Below, piece by piece: positions 44,754 through 54,700 of a DNA stretch of 64,000 nt. The translations under genes were made by a program, and so were the position numbers. The notes below the pieces were generated by a model. It searched no databases. It saw only the letters and a program-made list of their open reading frames with translations, and was not told where the DNA came from. Position 1 is the first letter of the stretch. The number at the start of each line of letters is the position of its first letter. This stretch comes from Felis catus (lineage: Eukaryota): positions 94,674,001 through 94,738,000 of the forward strand of contig NC_058380.1 in NCBI RefSeq assembly GCF_018350175.1, read 5' to 3'.

Positions 44754-47080
44754 CCCCCCACCCCTCTCCCTGACTCATGCACTCTCTCTATCTCTAAAGA
44801 AAAATAAAAGAGAGAGAGAGAAATAAACATAAAGGAATACAGAAAGGAGGCATGACTCCAGACTTGAGAGTGTCCGCAGGTCACCTGGGAAACTTGTTAG
44901 AAAGAGAGCTTTCTACCTACACACCCCTCCTAAGTGCTCAGCACCGTGCAGGGGCCTGGAATTGCATCTAGAAACGACTCCTCAGGTGAACGGGATGCCG
45001 CGGTCCTCAGCCCTGCTGTTGGTTACTATGGTGATGGGATTGCGTTACAATGGTCCAGACGACCAGCAGGAGTGGGGATGGGGCCAGAAGGGCTCTGGTC
45101 GGGCCCCACGTCCATTTTCTCAGGAGCCAGAGGCCAAAAGGGTGAGAATGTGTGTGTTAAAGTCTCAGCCTCGAACCCCCGTCCTGTCGGTCCTCCCGCC
45201 CAGCGAAGACTCAGTTTCACACTCTTGTTTGTCCCCCAGCAATGTCTTCAGGCTGATTCCCGGACGGAGGCAGATAGGAGAGTCTCGAAGGTAATGGCGG
45301 CGTCTTTGGATTCAGGGCGGTTCCTTCTAGAAAGATCTAGAGCAGAAATAGAAATATACATATGTACTGAATTGGAGGTACTTCTGACCAGAGACCCTCG
45401 GTTCCCAGTGTGACTCCCGAGGCCCTCCCTCCACCGTGTTTTCTCAAACCTTGACAAAGGACAAGGCAGAGAAAGTTCTAGGTTGCGCTGGAGAGAACAC
45501 GTTGACAGAGTTCATGCACTGCCCAGCGGGCTGTGCGGCAAGGCCGGGATTCCGGGAGGGATAGCGCCTGGTATGGGTTCCGGGGTCCCTTCAGCCGCTT
45601 CGACGGGGCCGAGTGGGGGTGGGGGCCCTCTGACCCCGTCAGGGCCCAGACAGGTCGAGGCTCAGTGTCCTCTCAGAGCTCATTCCTTCCAGAGCTGGCC
45701 TCTCTGGCGACCTGTGAACAGATAAGGTGACAGCTCCCAACCGGGACGCGTCACGAGCCCCCAGGGCGTGGCCCGACCCCAGTTCTCTCTCCGTCCAGCT
45801 TGGGGGGCCCACACATGCCGGTTGGATGGCCAGGTGGATGGTGGGCTCAGCTGGTGTCACTTTTCTCTCCAGCAGCACTGAGGGCCGTCCCCTGCAGGGC
45901 CAACGGGAGAGCCTGCCATCGAGGTAGTGACTTCCGCTCCTTCCTCCTCCCTCACAGACACTGGCCTTCGTCAGCCCCGCTGAACTCCATCCAGGAGCAT
46001 GTCTCCCCTCCCCCCACCCCCAGGCCTGGCTGGGGTCCCCGGGGGTCGGTGGGGAGGGGGGATGCACACCTAATCCTGGCCTGGGGCGCCCCCCTCTTGA
46101 GGGCACGGCTCTTTGTTGGCCATCGCTACTTTTCACGAAGTGAGCCGATGGAACCTTTCCTCCCTCAGCCAGGATGGGCGCCGTGTGGTCCCGCAGGGGA
46201 TGCTGCTGGAGACAAAGCAGTGCAGGTGAGGGGCGGGGGGCGGGGCTCCCGGGGCTGAGAGGGTGAGGGGGGCCTTGCCAGGGCTCTCCTGGGGATTCCA
46301 GGGCCCACCGGGGCAGCCACGGCTCCTGCCTCCCGGTCTCTGCTCCTCCTCCCCAGGTGTGTGTGTGTGGTGGGGCAGTTTCTCCCGAGGCCGTGGTCAC
46401 CCCCTGCGGGTGGAGCCGTGCACCATGCTCCCAGACACGGTCAGCGTGTCCAGGGTTTCTCGGCCCTGCTTCAGACCCCCGCTCCACTCCCCTGGCCCAG
46501 GCTCGGCATCACACGGGAACTTTCTCCTCAGGGGCCATGACGTGGCTGGCCCTGGAGGAGACCTGCCTGCTGGCGCGGGAGCGCTTCCCCCAGGACCCGG
46601 CCCTGGGCTGAGTGCTCTCTGTTTCCCTCCCTCAGTGAAAGGGACTGCCCCCCGGACGCCTGCAGAGTCCCTGAAGTCCCCAGGTATGGGGACCACCTCT
46701 TCGGGTGTTTCTGTGCCTCTTTCCGAGCAAGTCAACATGTGCCTCCCCATCCCCTTCCTCACCCCCACCCAGTCCAAGGCCTGATTCCCGGGGGAGAGGA
46801 GGGTGATGGGGGAGAGGAGGGTGATGGGGGCACAGGAGAACAGGAGGAGACGTTAGGTGATGGGGGTTACAGGGGGTTTCCACTTGACCTCCAGCCGTGG
46901 GGCTGCTCAATGTCATGCCCGTGGCACAGTCAGCCCCGGCTTCTCAGCCCTCAGCTTAGCTAACACCTGAGGGTGATGTGGCCCGGGGAGGGCATGGAGG
47001 TGGGCGCGGCATGGGGGCTGGATGGGGTGGGGGTGGGCCTTCGTAGTTGTGAGGTAGACCCATGTTAGGACTTACAACAC

Positions 47081-47130
<50 letters not shown>

Positions 47131-48174
47131 GATGTGGGGAGTCTAGAGCCTTGGCAGTTACCAGAGACCTTGAGGGGTGACCCCCTTTCCTCTGCTTGGC
47201 TTTTAGCCTCATCGGTTTATCACTGGGAAGCATGTGGCGTCCCCAGGGCTGGGTGGGCACGTTTGACCGCTGTCTGTCTAGTGAGTGGACAAGTGACTAG
47301 TGGACAAGAGGAAGAAAGGAAGGAGGGAAGGAGGGGGAGCAGGAGAGAGGAAAGGAGGAAGGAGGAGGAAGGCAGGAGGGCGGACGGGCAGGCTGGCAGT
47401 CCTGTGGTGCCCCTGGCACTGCTGGCCATCTAGACGGGGGGGACGGCACCTTGCAGCCGTGGGCGTAGACTGCCTGGCTCCGAGACGCTTCCCTGACGCG
47501 TGTCTTCTCTGCAGGATGGTTTACCCCAAGGCCCAGCTCCTGCAGCCTGCGTAAGTTAGCACATCCCTGCCGTGGCCCCCGGCCCGCCTCGAGTTCTCCT
47601 CTCCCTCGCTGCCGCCTGTCCTCGCCTTTTCTTTTCCTTCTCTTGCCATGAGAGGGGGCTGGGCTCATTGCTAACGGGTCTGGTCCTGGGCGAGGGTGCC
47701 AGGGAAGGCGCCTCCAGCTCCTGGGCCCGGGGAGCGTGGGCGTCCACAGAAGGCACGGAACCCTCTCTCATCTCTTCCTGGGGACGCAGGACAGGTCTGG
47801 GCTGGGTTCCCCCGGTGCGGGCGCCCGGCCTCCTCGGCCCGCACCTCCTGGCTGTTCTGCCCCAGATGGCGCTGGCCGCCGGTCCCTGTGGCCTCAGACA
47901 GGAAGGTCGCCCTGAGGCCACGCTGGTCAGCCCTCGCTTTACAAGCAGGGAAACTGAGGCTCAGAGAAGTGAAGGGACTTGCCTGAGCTGAGCGACCGGC
48001 GAGGGCGCGGTCGGGTTCCGAGCCCAGGCCGCGCGACCTCCCTGCCGGGAGAGCTGCGAGTGCGCACTGTCATTTCTGACAGCAGCACCCACGCCTCCTT
48101 GAGTCCTTAGAGCCACCGGAGGCCGTGACACCTGACACGTGACCTCCCTGGAATGAGAGGGCTGTCCCTGGGGA

Positions 48175-48218
<44 letters not shown>

Positions 48219-50061
48219 CAGGTCCGAAGCGCTCCATCCATTTAAAATATCTCAAAAATACGAAGTCTCTTATTTTAAAAACCGATCACGCATTGAAAGG
48301 ATGGTGCTTTGGACGTTGCGGGTTAAACAACATAACTTTACCTGAGACAGAGCATGAGTGGGGGAGGGGCAGAGGGAGACACAGGGTCAGAAGCAGGATC
48401 CAGGCTCCGAGCTGTCAGCACAGAGCCCGACGCGGGGCTCGAACTCACAAACCGTGAGATCGTGACCTGAGCCGAAGTCAGGCGCTCAACCGACTGAGCC
48501 CCCCCGGCGCCCCTCACCTGGTCACTTTTACCTTCGTGTGCTTACTAGAACAATTTTAAGTTACAAATCTCTGTTGGACACAGCCCATCTGGAGGGACGG
48601 GCTGGCGTGAGCCTGTTCCCGTGGGTCGTGGAGCCGTGTCCCGAGAAGCCACGAGTGAACGGGCACTCGTGAGACGGGATGGGAGGAGAGGAGAGAGGCG
48701 TCCGTGCGGGCTAGGGTGGAGAAGGGACAGAGAACGTTCTGTGGGGCTACACTGGGGGGAGGGGAAGCCCTCGAGATGGGAGGGGGCTGGAAGCCTAGCT
48801 TTGTCCCTGAAGAAAACTCGTGTTACCCCCTACTCCCAGCAAACAGGTAGGTTTCCCACAGGGAACGATGCCGCCGCTCCCCCCAGCCAGCAGCCCCCAC
48901 GGCGGGGGCTCACTCCCACAGCCCGCCCCCCGCCCCCCGCCCCCCACGTGCCAGTCGCAAGTTCTAGGTTGTCACCTGTGCTTTGATGGACCGACTGTAG
49001 CTCAGGGCTCCCACCGGCCCCTCCTCAGGCTCGATGACTTTCTAGAGTGGCTCCAGAACCCAAGAAGACAGTCTACTTAGAGTCTCGGCGTTATCACCAA
49101 GGTCGCGGGAGCAGCCAGGGGCACAGGTCCCCAGGGGGCGGTGTGGGGAGGCCAGGGAGCCTCCGTGCCCTCTCAGACCCCGTTGTCAGGATCTGGTGGA
49201 GGCTCCCTCACACGCGCACCTGCCGGGAGGATGGGGGCTGGGGCTGCAGTGTCACGCTTCTGACCACGGCGTGGTCTTTCCGGTGGCCAGTCCCCATCCC
49301 GAGCCATCCAGGAGCCCGCCCCGGGTCACCTCATTAAAACAAAAGGTGTCCCTATCACCCAGGAAGTTCCAAGGGGTTTAGGGGCCCCTTGTCAGGATCT
49401 GGGGTCAAAGACTGAATATATGTTTCTTATGGCCAAGTCCCTATTGCTGGGAAAGGGCTTGGCTATTGCTCTCACTGAGATGCAGCTCCTTCTCGGAAAT
49501 GGGGTTGGGGGCCTCCCAGAAGGAGTGTCCTGTGGGACCCAGCACTTGGCGGTGCTCAGGAGACACTCCACATGGGGCAGTGAGGGAATGGCAGGGTCAG
49601 GGCTCAGGGGCTGAGCTTGTGAGGCAGAGAGCACTGGATCGGGAGTCTGGAATCCCGGCTGCGTCTAACTGCGCTTCTCGTGGACTGTGGACCTTTGGTC
49701 CTTCCTTCCCTGGCCCACCTTTCCATGCCCTGCTCTAACGCACTGTGACCTGTTCCCTCTAGGAGGGCAGACGTGCTGGTCATGACCCCCTGGTTTGCTC
49801 CTGTCATCTGGGACGGGGTCTTTGACTCTGCCATTCTGGACGCACAATTCGAAAACACCACCGTTGGACTGACCATTTTTGCCATCAAAAAGTAAGTGAG
49901 ATCTGGGACACCTGGGTGGCTCAGCCGGTTAAGTGTCTGACTCTTTGGCTCAGGTCATGATCTCACAGCACCTGGGTCTGAGCTCCGAGTTGGGCTCTGC
50001 CCTGATAGTGTGGAGCCTGCTTGGTATTCTCTCTCTCCTTCTCTCTCTCTGGCCCTCCCCT

Positions 50062-50109
<48 letters not shown>

Positions 50110-51710
50110 AATAAATAAACTTAAAGAAAAAAATAGGTAGGTAAGATCTTGGCAGCTGTGCGGAGAAGGACACGTGCCCAGGCTAAACCAGGAAGCCAAG
50201 CCCCAGGTAGGGGGCACTCCTCACCAGATGTCTCTCTTTGCCAGGATGGGGTGCTCACAGGAGGAGGGGGAGGCGTGGGTGGCTTTGTGGGCAGGTGAAC
50301 CTGGTGGGATTTGCACGGGCCACCAGGCACACCCCTGCTCAAAATAACAGCCCCACACCCGAGAGTCGTCTGCTCCAGAAGTGACCGTATCAACCATTCA
50401 GAGGCCTGGCAGCCACTGCTGACCACTTAGCGGGACTAACCCTGTGACCCAAACCCATGAGCAGGTGCTCGGCTGCCCCGATGCGTTCCCCTGGGAGGCT
50501 GACTGAGGCTTGGCGTCCCAGTTAGCCGGAGCAGGCTTACTGTGCAGTGGAGTCGGACCTGAAGGCTCCAACCTGCATTTACGGCTTTGGGGCTAGCTTG
50601 TTTGCTTCAGAAACCGGCTCGTGTTTCACATCCGGCACCTTCGCCGGCATGTGTCGGGCGCCTTTGCACGTCGGCACACACAGACCTTCCTCATTCTTTC
50701 GAACGGCTGCCCACTCTTACTCCAGAGCCACTGCATTCCCCGCTTGAGCTGACCGTTCCGGAGAGCTGCCTCAGGCAGCACCCTTGCAGACAACCTCGCA
50801 TCGCGAAACTTTTCAGTTGCGAGGCCGAGTTGCGAAAACGTCACAGTGAACGTGTGTCTGCCCACCACCCGGACTCCGCCGCTAATGTTCTTGTTTTTCC
50901 CCTTCTCACTTTGCCTGGTTTTATTGGGATATAATCAATATATAACATCGTCTCGATGTAGAGCGTACAACATAATTGTCTGATGTGTGTATGTGTCGTG
51001 AAACGATCACCCCAGGAGGGCCTACTCTCGGCAACTTTCAAATATGCGATACGGTATGTCAGCTGCAGTGGCCATGCTGTGCGCTCCGTTCCCACAACTG
51101 ATTTATCTTATGTCTGGAAATCCGTACCTTTCGACCACCTTCACCGCTTTCCCCAGTCCTGCACCTCTTGCCCCTGGTAACCACTTATTGTCTGTTTCTA
51201 TGGATTCGGGGTTTTTTGTTTTTGTTTTTGTTATTTAAAGACTCCACATATAAGTGGGATCACACAGTACNNNNNNNNNNNNNNNNNNNNNNNNNNNNNN
51301 NNNNNNNNNNNNNNNNNNNNNNNNNNNNNNNNNNNNNNNNNNNNNNNNNNNNNNNNNNNNNNNNNNNNNNNNNNNNNNNNNNNNNNNNNNNNNNNNNNNN
51401 NNNNNNNNNNNNNNNNNNNNNNNNNNNNNNNNNNNNNNNNNNNNNNNNNNNNNNATATATCTCACACTTTCTTTATCCAGCCATCTGTTGGTGGACACTT
51501 GGGTTGTTTCTCTGTCCAGGCTGTTGTAAATACTGCTGCAGTGAATGTGGGAGGGCAGGTATCTCTTCAAGATACTGATTTAGGGGCACCTGGGTGGCTC
51601 AGTCCATTGAGCATCAGTCACCTAAAATGATTGCTGAGTGTCCCAGGGTCATGGGATGGAGCCCCTCATTAGGCTCTGAGCTGAGTGTGAGTGTGGAGCC
51701 TGCTTGGGGT

Positions 51711-51744
<34 letters not shown>

Positions 51745-54700
51745 TCTTCCTCTCCCTCTCCCTCTTAAAAAAAAACCTTAAAAAGGGATATTGGGGTGCC
51801 TGTGTAGCTCAGTCAGTTGAGTGTCTGACTTTGGCTCAGGTCATGATCTCACAGTTCGTGAGTTCGAGCCCCACATTGGGCTTGCTGCTGTGGGCCTGTC
51901 AGTGCGGAGCCCCCTTCGGATCCTCTGTCCCCCGTTCTCTCTTCCCCTCCCCTGCTTGTGCTCTTTTTCTCAAAAACGAAATAAAACATTTTTTAAAAAA
52001 TTAAAAAAGATACTGATTTAATTTCCTATCTTTACCCCCATCTCTATCATCTATCTCTTTCTACATCTCCAGAAGTGGGATTGCTGGATTGTAGGGTAGT
52101 TCTGTTTTTTATTTTTATTTTTTTTTAACGTTTATTTATTTTTGAGACAGGGAGAGACAGAGCATGAATGGGGGAGGGTCAGAGAGAGAGGGAGACACAG
52201 AATCTGAAACAGGCTCCAGGCTCTGAGCTGTCGACACAGAGCCCGACACGGGGCTCGAACTCACGGACCGTGAGATCATGACCTGAGCCGAAGTCGGACG
52301 CTTAACCGACCGAGCCACCCGGGCGCCCCTGGGTAGTTCTGTTTTTAACTTTGCAGGGGCCTCCCTACCATCTTCCGACAGTGCACAAATGTGCCCTTTT
52401 CTCCACATGCTCTCGGGCACTTGTGTCTCTTGTCTTCCTGAGATGAGCCTTCTAACGGGTGTGAAGGGATGCCTCATTATGGTTTTGATTCGTGTTTCTC
52501 TGATGATGAGTAATGTGGAGCACCTTTTCATGTACCCGTTGGCCATTTGAATATTTTCTTTTGTATGATTTCAATCTTCTTAAGTTTGCTAAGATTTGTT
52601 TGTGGCCTAACATATGGTCTATCCTAGAAAATGTTTCATGTGCCCTTGAGAAGAACATATGTTCTGCCATTATTAGATGGAATGTTCTATGTTGTCTGTT
52701 AGGTCCATTTGGTCTATAGTCTTGTTCAAATATGCTGCTCCCTTACCGATTCTCTGTCTAGGTGACCTACCCATTTTTGAAAGTGGCTTATTAAAGTCAG
52801 CCATCAATATCGTATTGCTGTTTATCTCTCCTTTTAGTTGTGTTAGTATTGGCTTTATGTGTTTAACTGCTCTGATGTTGTTGAGTGCATGAATGTTTAC
52901 AATTGTTATATCTTCTTAATGGATTGACCCCTTTATCATTATAGAATAACCTTCTTTGTCTTCTTTGATCATTTTTAGCTTAAAGCCTACTTTGTGTGAT
53001 ATAAATATATCTTCCCGTCTTTCTTTCAGTCAGTTTGCTTGAAATATCTTTTTCTATTCCTTCACTCTTGGTCTGGTCTCTAAAGCTAGAGTAGGTCTCT
53101 TTTAGGCAGACTATTGTTGGATCTTTGAAAAACTTTTTTTTAATCCATGTAGCCATTCGACATCTTTTGAGTGGAGAATCCTTTTACCGTTTAAAAAAGG
53201 TAATTCTTGAGAGGTCAGGACTTCCTGTTGCCATTTTGTTCATTGTTTTCTGACTGTTCCGTGGACTCTCTGTTGCTTGCTTCCTCTCTTGCTGCCTTCT
53301 TTTGTGGCTGGATGACTTTTCACCGGTAGCTTTGACTCCTTTACTATTCCTGGTAGTGTATCCACTACAGATTTTCCCTCTGCGGGTAGTAAGGCTTACA
53401 TAAAATATTTTCTGTTTATAACAACCTCTTTTATGCTGATAACAACTTAATTTCAATAGCTTCTATAAACAATACTTTTACTTCTCTCTCTGTGTCTCAC
53501 ATTTTAGGTGATTGGTGCTACAATTCACATATTTTTAAATATTGTTTACATAAACAGATTAGTGTATTCATGCTTAGATTTTTTATGTTTGTTCTTTTAA
53601 CTCTTAGAGTTGTAAGTGATTTATGCACCGCCATTACATCTGACCTTGACTGTATGTTTACCATGACCAGTGGATTTTATCAATATATTAAAATTTTTTT
53701 TTCAACATTTATTTATTTTTGGGACAGAGAGAGACAGAGCATGAACGGGGGAGGGGCAGAGAGAGAGGGAGACACAGAATCGGAAACAGGCTCCAGGCTC
53801 CGAGCCATCAGCCCAGAGCCCGACGCGGGGCTCGAACTCACGGACCGCGAGATCGTGACCTGGCTGAAGTCGGACGCTTAACCGACTGCGCCACCCAGGC
53901 GCCCCAATGTTTTTATCATATTAGTCAGCATCTTCTTCCTTCTGCTGGAAGAGTGATGCCCTGTAGCATTTCTTGTAAGGTGGCTCTACTGGTGATGAAA
54001 CCCCTTAGCTTTTGTTTGGGAACGCTTTCTCTCTCCTTCATTTCTGGAAATCAGCTTTGCTGGGTGTCGTATTCTTTCAACATTTTGACTGTATCATCCC
54101 TCTCTCTCGTGGTCTGCACAGTTTCAGGCGTCACATGCTCTTCCCATTGACCCACCCAGGCACCCTCCTTATCTTTGACTGTTGACAACTTAATGATAAC
54201 GCATCTCTCCGTAGCCCTTTTCAGATTCAACCTATTTGGGGTCCTTTGAGCCTCATGAATCCAGATGTCCGGGTCTCTCATTTGGGAAGTTTTCAGCCAT
54301 TATTGTTGTAAATGTATTTCCTGCCCATTTCTCTTTCTCTCCTCCCTCTGGGATTCCCATCATGCACATATTATTTCTTTTTATGGTTTCCCATAAGTCC
54401 ATAAGCTTCACAATTAACATTTTATTGTACTTGCATGATCAGTAATCTACTCATCTGGTCATCCTTCTGTCCATCTATCCATTCATAGTTGCTTTTGCCA
54501 TGTGGGAAGGTAAATCTGGGACATCAGCACACTCGCCCTAAATACTTCTCTGTGCATGTCATTAACTAGAGCTTGAGATGTGTTTATGGTTTTTCTTCTT
54601 CCCAGGCAAAATGTACATACACGAATTCCCTGGGTTTTGGCGAATACATATCGTTGTGGAACCCAAATTCTTTCTACGTATACAGTGTTCCCATCACCCC

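Noticed and set aside
45677-45726. Candidate extra ABO-like exon (acceptors before 45677 or 45693, donor AG|GTGACA after 45726)
   Set aside because: It introduces an in-frame stop in the required phase. The 48-nt exon at 46636-46683 fits both size and phase.
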